Origin: a virus
DNA length: 64,000 bases
Strand: one strand, 5' to 3'
IMG/VR virus record: IMGVR_UViG_3300025519_000044
Coordinates: 1-64,000 of that record
Shown here: piece after piece, positions 27,708-38,616 of the stretch
Numbering within the stretch: position 1 is the first letter of the stretch
How the letters are laid out: each line of letters starts with the position of its first letter
The notes under the pieces: generated by a model
Seen by the model: only the letters and a program-made list of their open reading frames with translations
Databases searched by the model: none
Told to the model about the DNA's origin: nothing
Translations under genes and position numbers: made by a program

Positions 27708-28817
27708 ATGCTAACCCCAAACCAACTGGAACAGCTGGCAAAGCCCCTGATTGACATTTACGGTCAACTGGAATCAGACATCATCAAAGCCATCGTGAAG
27801 CGTCTGGAGACAAAACAGGACGTGACAAAAGACAATATACTGCAATGGCAATTTGAGAAACTGCGGCAACTTGGTGACCTGAATAAAGACGTGATAAAAC
27901 TTATTGCCATGATGTCAGGGAGAACGGAAAAGGAACTTGAAACACTCGTGAAAGAGAGCATGAAACAAAGCGTGCAGCCGATGGATGATTGGTTGAGCGG
28001 ACTGGCGGCAGACGGGAAGGTTGACCAGGCACCGCCGCTTGACCAGGACACGCGCATTTTCAATACGCTACTGACGTTTCAAAATCAAGCGAAACAAACG
28101 CTGAACTTAACAAATTCTACTATCCTAGCGAACAGCCATCAAGTTTATCGGGATATCATCTCACAGGCGACGGCAAGTGTTATGACTGGAATGAAAACAC
28201 ACCAACAGGCAGTGGCAGATACAGCGGCTAAATGGGCAGAGAAAGGCATTCCGGCACTTGTCGATAAAAAGGGGAGACAATGGTCAATTGAGGGCTATAT
28301 CCCAATGGTGATTAAGTCTGTGGCAAATAACGTGGCAAATCAAACGCAATTCGATCGTATGGACAGCTATGGCGTGGACTTAATCGAAATCAGTAGCCAT
28401 ATCGGTGCTCGCCCGGGATGTGCTCCCTATCAGGGCCGTATATTCGACCGTAACGGGAAAAGCAAAAAGTATCCATCATTGGAGAGTACAACATACGGGC
28501 AGCCGGCGGGTATATTTGGGATTAACTGCCATCATCACCCATACCCGTACATCCCCGGTGTAAGCGTGAAGCGGTACGAACCGTACCCAAAAGAGGAAAA
28601 CGACAAAGCCTATGAGCAAAGTCAGCAACAACGGAAGCTGGAACGGGATATCCGAAAAGCGAAGAACAAACTCAATGTCATGAAGAAACTTGGTAGAGAA
28701 GATGATATTGCAGCGGCCAGAAAGAAAGTACGCGAAAAGCAGGCAAACATGCGGGCGTTTATTAACGAAACCGGCATGACGCGGCGGTATGACCGGGAAC
28801 AAATTATTAAAGGATGA
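27708..28817 (+). CDS. Minor capsid (head morphogenesis) protein
   Basis: SSHIGARPGC..QG, GINCHH, RRYDRE. Confidence 0.9.
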   Translation: MLTPNQLEQLAKPLIDIYGQLESDIIKAIVKRLETKQDVTKDNILQWQFEKLRQLGDLNKDVIKLIAMMSGRTEKELETLVKESMKQSVQPMDDWLSGLAADGKVDQAPPLDQDTRIFNTLLTFQNQAKQTLNLTNSTILANSHQVYRDIISQATASVMTGMKTHQQAVADTAAKWAEKGIPALVDKKGRQWSIEGYIPMVIKSVANNVANQTQFDRMDSYGVDLIEISSHIGARPGCAPYQGRIFDRNGKSKKYPSLESTTYGQPAGIFGINCHHHPYPYIPGVSVKRYEPYPKEENDKAYEQSQQQRKLERDIRKAKNKLNVMKKLGREDDIAAARKKVREKQANMRAFINETGMTRRYDREQIIKG

Positions 28818-29097
28818 TTGGCCATGAAATACGATGTGTGCACAAAAGAAAGAAAATTTGAAGTCGATGGTGTTGCTTACGTTTACTTTGAGTACGGTGT
28901 TCGATTTGCTGACGAGCTCGGAAGAACTTTGGCTTTGGTTCCGTTAAGATTATATCATTAAGGGCGTGCAAGGCGAGTTCTACCCATGCAAGCCGGATAT
29001 TTTCGAGCAATCCTACGAGACAACCGAATAGAAGGAGGTGATCCAACATCTCGGAGCTACGCCGTTTATGTGGCATTTTAATCTAGGAGGGAATCGT

Positions 29098-29355
29098 ATG
29101 ATGAATGCACTAATTCCGGATTGTTGTGAACAATGTGAAGGAAAATACCCGGACGGAAGCTATGTCGTACCAAACAGCAATAATGTCCCGGGTAGAATAG
29201 GAAAACCGGCACAGGTTTTAGCCTGCTGCAATGGTTGCTTTTATATCCTTGATTTTGGAGACGGTAAAGGATCGTGTAAATGGTTCTGTGAAGATGAACT
29301 AGAACCTGTAAAAAATATGGGCAATTTGGTCACAATGAATAGCCAGATGAATTAA
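29098..29355 (+). CDS. Cys-rich hypothetical moron
   Basis: AGGAGG RBS; own terminator at ~29360-29381. Confidence 0.55.
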   Translation: MMNALIPDCCEQCEGKYPDGSYVVPNSNNVPGRIGKPAQVLACCNGCFYILDFGDGKGSCKWFCEDELEPVKNMGNLVTMNSQMN

Positions 29356-29405
29356 TTAAATCGCCAATAGGCGGCTTTTTTATTGCCTAGAAAGGAGCGA
29401 AATAC

Positions 29406-30068
29406 ATGTTTAACCTTTTGCGATTAGACTTGCAATTTCATGCTGCGGACACCGGAGCAGACGGCGGCAGTGCACCGGGTGATACCGGGCGAGGGGGTGA
29501 TCAACAAACACAGACGCAGCAAACCCAGCAGACACCATCGGCTCAACCACAGCAAACACAAACGCCGCCTGCACAGCCACCGCAGCCTGAGCCACCAAAA
29601 GTGGACACAAAGGAGATCCGCAACAAGGCTCAGGCAGACCTTTTGAAAAAGCTTGGCTTTGAAAATGTGGATGCCCTGCAGGAAGTGCTGACTAAGTACA
29701 AAGAGATTGAGGATTCGCAGAAGACCGAGTTTCAAAAGCAAGCTGAAAAGCTGCAGGAATTGGAAACGAATTTTTCGTCCGTCTCGGAAGAAAATGCCAC
29801 TTTGAAAGCCCAGATCAGCGCCATGAAAGCAGGGGTGAAGGCGGATGCCGTGGAGGATGTTGTCGTACTCGCCAAACAGCTTATTTCTGATGATGTGGAC
29901 ATGGATGCCGCCATAAAGCGAGTCTTGGAAAAATACCCACAATTCGGTCAGGAAGTCACGGCGCAACAGCAGCAAGAACCCCCAAAACCGCAGTTTACGC
30001 AAGGCCAGCACAATCCCAGCCCACAGCAAACTGAGCTGGAAAAGTGGCTTGCGGCATTTAAAAAATAA
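29406..30068 (+). CDS. Capsid scaffolding protein
   Basis: LDLQFHA N-terminus, coiled coil; precedes the capsid gene. Confidence 0.85.
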   Translation: MFNLLRLDLQFHAADTGADGGSAPGDTGRGGDQQTQTQQTQQTPSAQPQQTQTPPAQPPQPEPPKVDTKEIRNKAQADLLKKLGFENVDALQEVLTKYKEIEDSQKTEFQKQAEKLQELETNFSSVSEENATLKAQISAMKAGVKADAVEDVVVLAKQLISDDVDMDAAIKRVLEKYPQFGQEVTAQQQQEPPKPQFTQGQHNPSPQQTELEKWLAAFKK

Positions 30069-30090
30069 AATTTTAGGAGAGTGATAGAGA

Positions 30091-31005
30091 ATGGCATCAG
30101 TAAACTATGCCGAACTGTATTTACAGGCACTTCAACAAAGATTCGTTGATGCCCTTATGTTTAATGACCTTTACAATACGCCAAACAATGACAATATCAA
30201 ATGGATTAATGCGAAAACCGTCCAAATCCCTCATATTGTTGTTGGTGGGTATCAAGATGTTGCTCGTGATGCCGTAGGCGGTTATACTCGCCGCGCTGAC
30301 AACGCATGGGAAAGCAAGACCTTGCAACACGATCGGGAATTCCGCACGCTTGTTGACCCGACAGATATCGATGAAACAAACCTTGCTTTAAGCATCGCCA
30401 ATATTACCCGGGTTTTCAATGACGAGGAAAAAATTCCGGAACTTGACAAATACATGGCGTCAAAACTGTACACGGAATTTACCAAATATGGCGGTACTGC
30501 ATTGACGGACAACATCACGGAATCAACTGTTTTGGGCATGTATGATGAACTGATGTATGAAATGGATGAAGCTGAAGTACCGCAAAACGGACGTATTCTT
30601 TATGTGACACCAACGGTTTCAAAAGTGCTGAAAAACGCCGATAAAGTGACTCGTTTCTTGCAAGTGACGGATGCAGGTGGCGCCATTAATCGTAATGTTC
30701 GTTCACTCGATGAAGTTAAAATTGTAACGGTTCCATCGTCCCGGATGAAAACCATTTACAACTTTACGGATGGCGCAGTTGCGGACACATCGGCTGCCCA
30801 AATCAATATGATCTTGGTCCATCCGTTATCGATCATCACCCCGATGAAATATGAATTTGTGTCTTTGAGTGAACCAAGCGCCGTAACAGGCGGCAAATAC
30901 CTGTACTACGAACGCGCTTACTGGGATGTATTTGTGCTTGAACAAAAAGCACCTGGCATTAAATTTGCGATCACACAACCTACTCAACAACAGTCAGGGT
31001 CTTAA
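30091..31005 (+). CDS. Major capsid protein
   Basis: Position and size; DIDETN, IPELDKY. Confidence 0.88.
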   Translation: MASVNYAELYLQALQQRFVDALMFNDLYNTPNNDNIKWINAKTVQIPHIVVGGYQDVARDAVGGYTRRADNAWESKTLQHDREFRTLVDPTDIDETNLALSIANITRVFNDEEKIPELDKYMASKLYTEFTKYGGTALTDNITESTVLGMYDELMYEMDEAEVPQNGRILYVTPTVSKVLKNADKVTRFLQVTDAGGAINRNVRSLDEVKIVTVPSSRMKTIYNFTDGAVADTSAAQINMILVHPLSIITPMKYEFVSLSEPSAVTGGKYLYYERAYWDVFVLEQKAPGIKFAITQPTQQQSGS

Positions 31006-31053
31006 TAGAGGAGCTTTACGCTCCTCTTTATTATTGTAAGGGAGGCATAGACA

Positions 31054-31290
31054 ATGGGTGAAATTAGAGTGCGAAAAGAAAACCGCGTCCTAACCATTCC
31101 AGAAACACGCCTGCATGTTTATCTGCAAGATGGATATGACCAGATCGACGATGTCGGAAATGTCATTAAAAGGGCAACCGGTGGACGTATGGTTTCACTC
31201 GCCGAATATAATCGGCTGCTTGACCGTGTGGCGGAACTGGAAAATGAACTTGCAGCTCCAAAAGGAACCAAGCAGAAAAAGAGTGAGTGA
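31054..31290 (+). CDS. Small head-associated protein
   Basis: Synteny; GGAGG RBS. Confidence 0.6.
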   Translation: MGEIRVRKENRVLTIPETRLHVYLQDGYDQIDDVGNVIKRATGGRMVSLAEYNRLLDRVAELENELAAPKGTKQKKSE

Positions 31291-31730
31291 CGATGAAATA
31301 CATCGATCAGAATTTCTACACGAACGAATACGGCGGTACGCCAATCCAAGACGATAAATTTGAGCAGATAGCAAACGCGGCGGAACGTGCGATCGACCAA
31401 GCAACCTTTTTCCGCCTGAGCGAAAAGGATTTCGCAAAGTTCGTTCCGCGGATTCAATGGCTTGTAAAAATGGCAATATCCGCGCAGATGGAGTATTTTT
31501 ATGAACTAGGCAGCCACACGGAAGCGGGCATGCAGACGGTACAAAGTGCATCAATCGGCGGGTTTAGCTTTACGGATCCGCAGAAGGACAATAAGAAAAA
31601 CTTATTGCGGTCCGATGTTGCAATGGAATATCTTGCGCAAACAGGGCTGATGTACAACGGCGTGGACGTGCGTGAAACGTCGTTTATTCCCTTTGTGGGA
31701 CCGTTCAGGGGTGATTACTATCTTTATTAG
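31287..31730 (+). CDS. Head-tail adaptor
   Basis: AERAID, SASIGGFS, YLAQTGLMY. Confidence 0.75.
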   Translation: MTMKYIDQNFYTNEYGGTPIQDDKFEQIANAAERAIDQATFFRLSEKDFAKFVPRIQWLVKMAISAQMEYFYELGSHTEAGMQTVQSASIGGFSFTDPQKDNKKNLLRSDVAMEYLAQTGLMYNGVDVRETSFIPFVGPFRGDYYLY

Positions 31731-32085
31731 ACCGATTCCACCTATTATGATGCCGCACACCGTACAGCTACATTCTTACACAGGTAGCAGCCGATATGGT
31801 GATTCATACGCGGATCCGGTCACGATCACACATGTTCGTGTTGTGCCAAAGTCTCAGCTAAAATTCGGAGCCAACGCTGAAACAATCGACTTTATATCTA
31901 TGCTGTATATCGATGTAAACACGTCAAATCAAGTCGTGAATGGCATAGAACAGGATTTGAAAATTGTCCCGAAAGAAAAAGACAAGGTGACGTATGACGG
32001 CAAGGATTACATCATCAGTAACGCGAATGAGCTACTGGCCGGAAATGAAGTCCATCATTATGAGTGCGAACTGAACGGGATGTGA
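31672..32085 (+). CDS. Head closure/minor capsid protein
   Basis: Synteny; HHYECEL C-terminus; start uncertain. Confidence 0.7.
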   Translation: MKRRLFPLWDRSGVITIFIRPIPPIMMPHTVQLHSYTGSSRYGDSYADPVTITHVRVVPKSQLKFGANAETIDFISMLYIDVNTSNQVVNGIEQDLKIVPKEKDKVTYDGKDYIISNANELLAGNEVHHYECELNGM

Positions 32086-32444
32086 ACAGAATGATTAGCG
32101 TACAAGTCGATATCGGGAATATCCCTAAAAAAATCGATAAAGCGATAGCATACGGGCTATACGTCACAAGCGAACAAGTGCGGAAAGATTGTAATTACTA
32201 TATCCCAAAAGATCAAGGCACGTTGGAACGGTCATCTTTTCAGGCATCGGATTTGCAGCGTGGTGAAATTGTTTGGGATACGCCCTATGCGCGACGACTT
32301 TATTACCATCCAGAATACAATTTTTCTAAAGACAAAAACCCGCATGCTCGTGGCTTGTGGTTTGAAGAAGCAAAGGCAACACGTGGTAGTCAATGGAGAA
32401 CCGTTGCACAGGAAGGAGTGAAACGGGGACTTGACAGAGAATAA
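32064..32444 (+). CDS. Neck/minor capsid protein
   Basis: YIPKDQGTL, TPYARRLYY, WFEEAK. Confidence 0.8.
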   Translation: MRTERDVNRMISVQVDIGNIPKKIDKAIAYGLYVTSEQVRKDCNYYIPKDQGTLERSSFQASDLQRGEIVWDTPYARRLYYHPEYNFSKDKNPHARGLWFEEAKATRGSQWRTVAQEGVKRGLDRE

Positions 32445-32859
32445 CGCAAACGAACTCGATTTTCAGGACTGTATGATTGACGCAATTGAAGCAAATTGCA
32501 ATCTGTTTGCACCTATCGATGTTCCAATCATCAGGATCAACGAGGACGGCACAGGCAGTGGTATCGCCTTCATGTTAACACCGATTGGCGAGGAAACAAG
32601 ATACATGGATGGTGGCCGTGACAGGATGTACGCTTTTCAAATTAGTGCTCGCAGCCCTGACCAGCTACAAGTTTTAAACACATTATTCAGTATCAATAGG
32701 TTCATAGATGGGCTAAAAAGCGGAGATATCCAAAGCAAAAATGGAACATTTGAGTTTATTAATGCCGTGGTGCGAAGCGTGCCGAATTTGGTGCAGGCCG
32801 ACACTCACGGTTTTTTATATGTCTCAAATTTCGAAGCTGAACTTTTATTGAAGGAGTGA
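32431..32859 (+). CDS. Tail terminator-like protein
   Basis: Synteny before the tail tube gene. Confidence 0.7.
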   Translation: MTENNANELDFQDCMIDAIEANCNLFAPIDVPIIRINEDGTGSGIAFMLTPIGEETRYMDGGRDRMYAFQISARSPDQLQVLNTLFSINRFIDGLKSGDIQSKNGTFEFINAVVRSVPNLVQADTHGFLYVSNFEAELLLKE

Positions 32860-32864
32860 TCTAA

Positions 32865-33344
32865 ATGGCTTTTAATCTGAACTATAAGAACAAGTTCGAG
32901 ATTGATACCAAAGGCAACCTGGATCCGAACCAAATCGACGGCGCAACTTTTGAACCATTGGCCGCCGGAATTTCAAGTGTAACACCATCACCGGGTGACA
33001 CTACGGACAATACGGCCTATTACGATGGCGATGGCTTTGCCAACACAGATGTCACCGGGAAAAACTTTTCAATCGCATTCAGCGGCAACCGCGTAGAAGG
33101 GGATGCAGCCCAGGATTACGTTGCAAGCAAAGAATTCGCAATCGGCGACGACGTAAAAACATTACTTCGCTGGACCAAATCAGACGGCACAGTTTTAGTG
33201 GCGCAAATTACGATGAGCGCAATCACCACATCAGGTGGTAATGCAAACGCAAAACAAACATTTTCGTTCACGGCAAACATTAATGGCCTGCCAATAGTAA
33301 CCGCGCCAACAGGCAGCGGAACAACAGAAACGACAGGGGCTTAA
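32865..33344 (+). CDS. Major tail tube protein
   Basis: LAAGIS, YYDGDG, FSGNR..GDAAQDY; followed by a terminator. Confidence 0.85.
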   Translation: MAFNLNYKNKFEIDTKGNLDPNQIDGATFEPLAAGISSVTPSPGDTTDNTAYYDGDGFANTDVTGKNFSIAFSGNRVEGDAAQDYVASKEFAIGDDVKTLLRWTKSDGTVLVAQITMSAITTSGGNANAKQTFSFTANINGLPIVTAPTGSGTTETTGA

Positions 33345-33419
33345 TGAATAACACCATGGATGGCGATATTTCGCCATCCTATTTTTTAGCATAAAGGAGC
33401 ATAAAGGGGAGAAATAATC

Positions 33420-33848
33420 ATGATTAAAATTGACCTAAACGAAACAAAAAAAGATTTCAGAATAAAAGATAAAACATTCACCGCCAACTTTTCGGATGAC
33501 ACGTTGCGCCATTATTTCGAGATTGGCAAGGAAATAGACAAATTGGATAAGGATTTTGAAGAAAAATTTCCAGACATTGAGAATGAACGAGATTTTGGAA
33601 AAGTAGCACAGGCCGTTATTGAAGCATTGCCAGTCCGGGCGGAATCCTACCAAGAATTTTTTGATGAAACCTTTGGCGAAGGATCCGGGGCCGAAATTTA
33701 CGAGATTTGTGGAGAAAGTACGCCAAACATGAAAAAAGTATTTGATGCAGTATGGAACGAGATTTTAAAACACATGGCGGGAATTGAAACGAAAGAAGAG
33801 ACCACGGCCAAGAAATACATCAAGAATAAAAACATTCAAAGGCGATAG
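33420..33848 (+). CDS. Tail assembly chaperone
   Basis: Synteny; FGEGS..IY. Confidence 0.7.
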   Translation: MIKIDLNETKKDFRIKDKTFTANFSDDTLRHYFEIGKEIDKLDKDFEEKFPDIENERDFGKVAQAVIEALPVRAESYQEFFDETFGEGSGAEIYEICGESTPNMKKVFDAVWNEILKHMAGIETKEETTAKKYIKNKNIQRR

Positions 33849-33854
33849 ATAACC

Positions 33855-34472
33855 ATGTTGAGCCTAAAACAGCCGTTAGAAAGCGAAATAGAAATAAACG
33901 GAAAAAGATATCAACTAGATTTATCTTTTGACAATGTTTTGCGGTGGTACGATTTGATGAATGACGACGAAGTAAACGAAATTGGAAAAATAAATTTTGC
34001 ATACATGATGTTTGTCATTGATTGTCCAGACGTAGACATAGACACAAAAATTGCAACCGTAAAGGCCATTTCAGAATATATCCAAGGTGATGAAGAAACC
34101 GGAGAAAACGACGATTCAAACAATACAAAAGAGTATTTGAGCTTTGAAAAAGATGCAGATTATATCTTTGCATCATTCATGCAAGAATATGGGATTGACC
34201 TAATAGAGCAGCAGGGAAAGCTACGGTGGGAAAAATTTATTGCACTTTTTAACGGTATGAGATCCGAAACGAAAATTAATCAAATAATCGGGATCCGGGC
34301 CGCAGATTTGCCAACCGGTAACAGCCCGGCAGAAATTGCCGAGCGCAACCGACTAATTGAATTAAAAGACCTTTATGCACTAGATAAAGAAGCATCTGTA
34401 TCATTGCAGGAAAAAGCAATGGACGATATGTTTGAACGACTAGTAAAAAGCGCACAGCAAAACAAGAAATGA
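33855..34472 (+). CDS. Gp15-family tail chaperone
   Basis: LSFDNVLR, DADYIFASF.QEYGIDL, LRWEKF. Confidence 0.85.
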   Translation: MLSLKQPLESEIEINGKRYQLDLSFDNVLRWYDLMNDDEVNEIGKINFAYMMFVIDCPDVDIDTKIATVKAISEYIQGDEETGENDDSNNTKEYLSFEKDADYIFASFMQEYGIDLIEQQGKLRWEKFIALFNGMRSETKINQIIGIRAADLPTGNSPAEIAERNRLIELKDLYALDKEASVSLQEKAMDDMFERLVKSAQQNKK

Positions 34473-34490
34473 AGGGGGTGAAATAGAAAA

Positions 34491-37400
34491 ATGAGCGATG
34501 GGAAAGTTGTAATAGACGTAGTGCTAGACGATACAAAAGTAAAATCCGACGTCGACATTATAGAACGGCTGCTGCAGCATTTAGGCGAAAAGGCCGGCAA
34601 TAACATGGACAAAAATTTTGCCAGCAATGCCAAAAAAATGGTGCAAGAAGCGGAAAAGGCCAGAAGTAATCTTGAAAAAGCATTCAACGAAAAAATAGAA
34701 CAAAAAGTCGAAGTACGAGACAATGCCACCACAAAGGCAAAAAAAGTAGAAAACGACATAAAAGACGAATTCGATAAAAAAATCGAGCAAAAAATTGATG
34801 TAAAAGACGATGCCACCAAAAAAGCGGCGCAGGTGGAGCGGAACATAAAAAATAAAGCCGACAATCCATTTAATTTTAAATTGGAAATTGATAAAGACAC
34901 CATCAGTAGCATAAAAAAAGCGTTTGATACCGTGGACAAAGAAGCCGACGAAGCCGCGCAGCATGTTTCTGTTTTCAAAGGAGCATTTGCCGGTACGTTT
35001 GCTGCGAACATTGTAACCGGGGCTCTTGAACATGCAAAAGAAGGATTTAAAAGCATGATAGAAGCCGGGATTGAATACAACGCAACGCAAGATAAAATGT
35101 TGGCAACCTGGAAAACACTGACAGGAAGCGCGACGCTTGGGAAACAAATGGTAGACATGGTAAACAAATTTCAAAGACAGACCGGCTATGCAACGGAAAC
35201 ACTGGACGAAATGGAACAAAAAATTTACCACATAAAATCAAGCGCATCCGAAACAGAAACCATGACAAAGGCATTTACAACATTAGGTGATGCCATGGGC
35301 CTTTCAAACGAACGACTGCTCGGCGTAACAGAGCAATTTTCGCAAATGATGGCAACCGGAAAAGCCTACACCGGAGATTTAAACATAATGACCAACGCAT
35401 TCCCGGCATTTGGCGAAGCCCTGCAGGAAACGACTGGGAAGAGCATGGGCGAGTTGCGGAAATTGGCAAGTGAGGGCAAACTTTCGGCAAAAACAGTAGA
35501 GGATACATTAATTGAAATGTCGCACAAGTATTCAGATGCAACAGAAAATGCAAACAGTACAATCCAAGGATTGTGGAGGTCCATAGAATCAAATTGGAGC
35601 CGATTGGCCGGGAAATTTGTACAGCCAATTTTTAATCTAAAAAAGAGCGGATTCAAGGATTTAGAAGATTGGTTGGCAAGTAGCAAAGCCGATGAATTTT
35701 TCACCAATATGGGTGAAAAAGTTGCAGCAGTCGTAAGCAAATTAACAGATATGATTGAGTTTGTGAAAGATAACAAAGACATGGTACTGGGATTTGCGAA
35801 GGCATTTGGAATTTTGACGGCGGAAATTTGGACCATCAAAAAGGTGGCCAGCGTAGTCGAAGTGATAAACACATTAAGGGGCGGCCTGGGTAATTTACGC
35901 CGGGATTATGCGCTGACGGCATCAGCAGCAACGGCAATGGGCGACGCGGAAGTGGCGGCATCCGAAAAAGCAGCAGCAGCAGGGTCCGCAACAAGTAGAG
36001 CCGGAACTTCGCTGAATAAATTCCGAGGCGTTTTGAACATTGCAGGCGCAGGATTAATCGCATTCGGCGGCAAATGGGGCATGATTGCTGGCATAGCAGC
36101 CAACTTTATCCCGGAAATTTTAAAAGCAGGAAGCGGCATTCTAAAATTTGGCGGACAAGCGCTCGGGGCCGTAAAAAATATGCGCTTTTTAGCCGGGGCT
36201 TTTGGCGATACCGGCGCTGCGATATTTGGATTAAGCAACCCAATTGGATGGATCATAACGGCGATTGCAGCCGTAGGAACCGGCTTTTATTATGCCTATA
36301 AATATATAAAACCATTCCGTGAAAGCATGAATGACCTGGGCGACGATTTAAAGGGCAATTTTACCCACGCCATGAACAAGGTAAAAGAATTTTTTGCAAA
36401 CCCATTGGATTTGAAAATCAAATGGGATTCGAGCGTCAGCAAATCGGATCAGAAAGCAATCGACAGTTATACAAAGCTAGTCGATAAAGCACAAAACAAG
36501 CTAGAGGAACTGGTTATAACAGGTAAAAAGATCGGAAAGCAAGACGTTTCCGACCTGGTAAAGCCTTATGAACAAATGGCGAAGCAGATCACAAAGCATT
36601 TCGACGACGCAACAAAGAGCGCAAAGAAGAACCTTAAATATTTAGATGGTCTAAACAAAGATGAATATAACGACATTCTGAAAAAGACCACAAAAGCCAA
36701 CAATCAAAACAAAAAACAGGTTCAAAAGATCACAAACGAAATAAAAGACATATACGAAAATGCAGCCAAACACCACCGAAGCCTGACGGAAGAAGAGCAG
36801 GAAAAGGTGAACAAACTGCAAAACAAAATGAACACATATGCCGCAAAAAGCGTTTCAAAATCTGCGAAAGAGCAAACAGAAATTCTGGGCAAATTGAGAG
36901 ATCATGCCGGGAAACTTAGCGCACAACAAGCCGCAAAAATCGTCGCAAATGCCAAAAAGCAAGAAGAGCAAACAATCAAACACGCAAAAAATGAGTATAA
37001 AGAAGCAGTTGACCAGGCAGAAAAGAAATACAAAGGAACAAAAAATTGGGCTGACGAGCAGTATTATGTGAATGGATCGATTTCTAAAAAGGAATACGAA
37101 GACATAGTGAAAAACGCAAAGCGGCAAAAGGACCAAAGCATTCAGCACGCAAAAGACCAGCGTGACGCCGTAATCGCACACGCCAAAACACAGCAAAGAG
37201 AAACCGTCGACGCAGCCAAGAAACAAGCGGAAGGACACAGGGACGCAGTCGATTGGGAAACTGGAAAAGTATTAAGTAAGTATGATAAATTCCGGGCCAG
37301 CTTTGCACATGTAATAAACAGCATTACCGGCTTTTTTAATAAAATTTTCGATAAAATCGGTCTTGGAAAAATCAATATTCCACAATGGAAACCGGCCGGA

Positions 37401-38615
37401 TATGCACGTGGCACAAGCGGCACAACAAAAGACGAAATCGCATTGACCGGTGAAGAAGGATTCGAATTGGCACACAGCCCAGGAATCGGCATATATATCG
37501 TCGGTAAATCTGGTCCGGAATTGCGATATTTGCCAAAAGGAACTTCCATTTTGCCACACGGACCGTCCATGCAACTATTAAATAAAATGGGCATAAAAGG
37601 ATATGCAAGCGGAATCGGCGACTTTTTCACCGGATTATGGCACAAGGTAGAAAGCGGCGCAAAAACGGCGGTCGATACGATTTCAGATCCGGCAAAATTG
37701 ATTTCGTACATCAAAGACAAGGTGGGCCTGAGCGAATTCCAAAACAGCTATACAGGAGCAATAAAGGAACTAGCGACAGGGCTTCCTAATGAACTATTCA
37801 AGGGCATTAAAAACAAATTGAAAGATGCATTTATCGTAAATCCAAGCGGATCCGGGGTGCAGCGATGGAAACCGGCGGTTGTAAGAGCGCTGGCCATGAA
37901 CGGGCTATCTACAAGCGCTGAAATGGTAAATAAAGTTTTAAGGCAAATCGCAACGGAATCCGGCGGAAATCCGTTGGCTGTGCAGCATGGATATACAGAC
38001 ATAAACACCATTACAGGCGACCTTGCAAAAGGATTAATGCAGACGATTTCTGCAACATTTAACGCATATAAATTTCCGGGCCATTCCAACATTTTTAATG
38101 GGTTCGATAACCTACTCGCCGCATTAAACTATGCGAAGCATAGATATGGAAAAAATCTTTCTGGATTGGGCGAGGGCCACGGATATGCAGACGGAACGGA
38201 AAACTCGGTCGGCGGCCATGTATATGTAGCTGAAAAAGAGCCGGAAATCATAGAAACAAAAGATGGAAGAATTGCGATTGCAACCAGACCTACCAGTTTC
38301 GACGACTTTATGGCCGGAAGCAAAGTGACGCCAATCTCAAAATTAAAACGATATGCATCCGGAACAGTAAGTAAAATCAATGATTTTATCGGAAGCGTAG
38401 GCCAGCCAAACGTGATGATGCCGATTACAGCTTATACGCCAGCGACAACAAGTGGAACGGCAGCAAGCCAGCCACAAATTGAAATCACAATCAAGCCACA
38501 AACGATATACACGCAAGTAGACGGAAGGACCATTCAAAAGACCGTGAAAACATGGAACGATTACGATACAAAGGTACGCAATTTCGCTAAAGGGCAGACA
38601 GGGGTGAACTTATAA
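34491..38615 (+). CDS. Tape measure protein with lytic transglycosylase domain
   Basis: 1374 aa helical protein; [16 protein letters not shown] motif. Confidence 0.93.
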   Translation: MSDGKVVIDVVLDDTKVKSDVDIIERLLQHLGEKAGNNMDKNFASNAKKMVQEAEKARSNLEKAFNEKIEQKVEVRDNATTKAKKVENDIKDEFDKKIEQKIDVKDDATKKAAQVERNIKNKADNPFNFKLEIDKDTISSIKKAFDTVDKEADEAAQHVSVFKGAFAGTFAANIVTGALEHAKEGFKSMIEAGIEYNATQDKMLATWKTLTGSATLGKQMVDMVNKFQRQTGYATETLDEMEQKIYHIKSSASETETMTKAFTTLGDAMGLSNERLLGVTEQFSQMMATGKAYTGDLNIMTNAFPAFGEALQETTGKSMGELRKLASEGKLSAKTVEDTLIEMSHKYSDATENANSTIQGLWRSIESNWSRLAGKFVQPIFNLKKSGFKDLEDWLASSKADEFFTNMGEKVAAVVSKLTDMIEFVKDNKDMVLGFAKAFGILTAEIWTIKKVASVVEVINTLRGGLGNLRRDYALTASAATAMGDAEVAASEKAAAAGSATSRAGTSLNKFRGVLNIAGAGLIAFGGKWGMIAGIAANFIPEILKAGSGILKFGGQALGAVKNMRFLAGAFGDTGAAIFGLSNPIGWIITAIAAVGTGFYYAYKYIKPFRESMNDLGDDLKGNFTHAMNKVKEFFANPLDLKIKWDSSVSKSDQKAIDSYTKLVDKAQNKLEELVITGKKIGKQDVSDLVKPYEQMAKQITKHFDDATKSAKKNLKYLDGLNKDEYNDILKKTTKANNQNKKQVQKITNEIKDIYENAAKHHRSLTEEEQEKVNKLQNKMNTYAAKSVSKSAKEQTEILGKLRDHAGKLSAQQAAKIVANAKKQEEQTIKHAKNEYKEAVDQAEKKYKGTKNWADEQYYVNGSISKKEYEDIVKNAKRQKDQSIQHAKDQRDAVIAHAKTQQRETVDAAKKQAEGHRDAVDWETGKVLSKYDKFRASFAHVINSITGFFNKIFDKIGLGKINIPQWKPAGYARGTSGTTKDEIALTGEEGFELAHSPGIGIYIVGKSGPELRYLPKGTSILPHGPSMQLLNKMGIKGYASGIGDFFTGLWHKVESGAKTAVDTISDPAKLISYIKDKVGLSEFQNSYTGAIKELATGLPNELFKGIKNKLKDAFIVNPSGSGVQRWKPAVVRALAMNGLSTSAEMVNKVLRQIATESGGNPLAVQHGYTDINTITGDLAKGLMQTISATFNAYKFPGHSNIFNGFDNLLAALNYAKHRYGKNLSGLGEGHGYADGTENSVGGHVYVAEKEPEIIETKDGRIAIATRPTSFDDFMAGSKVTPISKLKRYASGTVSKINDFIGSVGQPNVMMPITAYTPATTSGTAASQPQIEITIKPQTIYTQVDGRTIQKTVKTWNDYDTKVRNFAKGQTGVNL

Positions 38616-38616
38616 A

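Noticed and set aside
33420-34472. Programmed frameshift between the tail chaperones
   Set aside because: No convincing slippery heptamer near the end of the first ORF, and the second has its own ATG.
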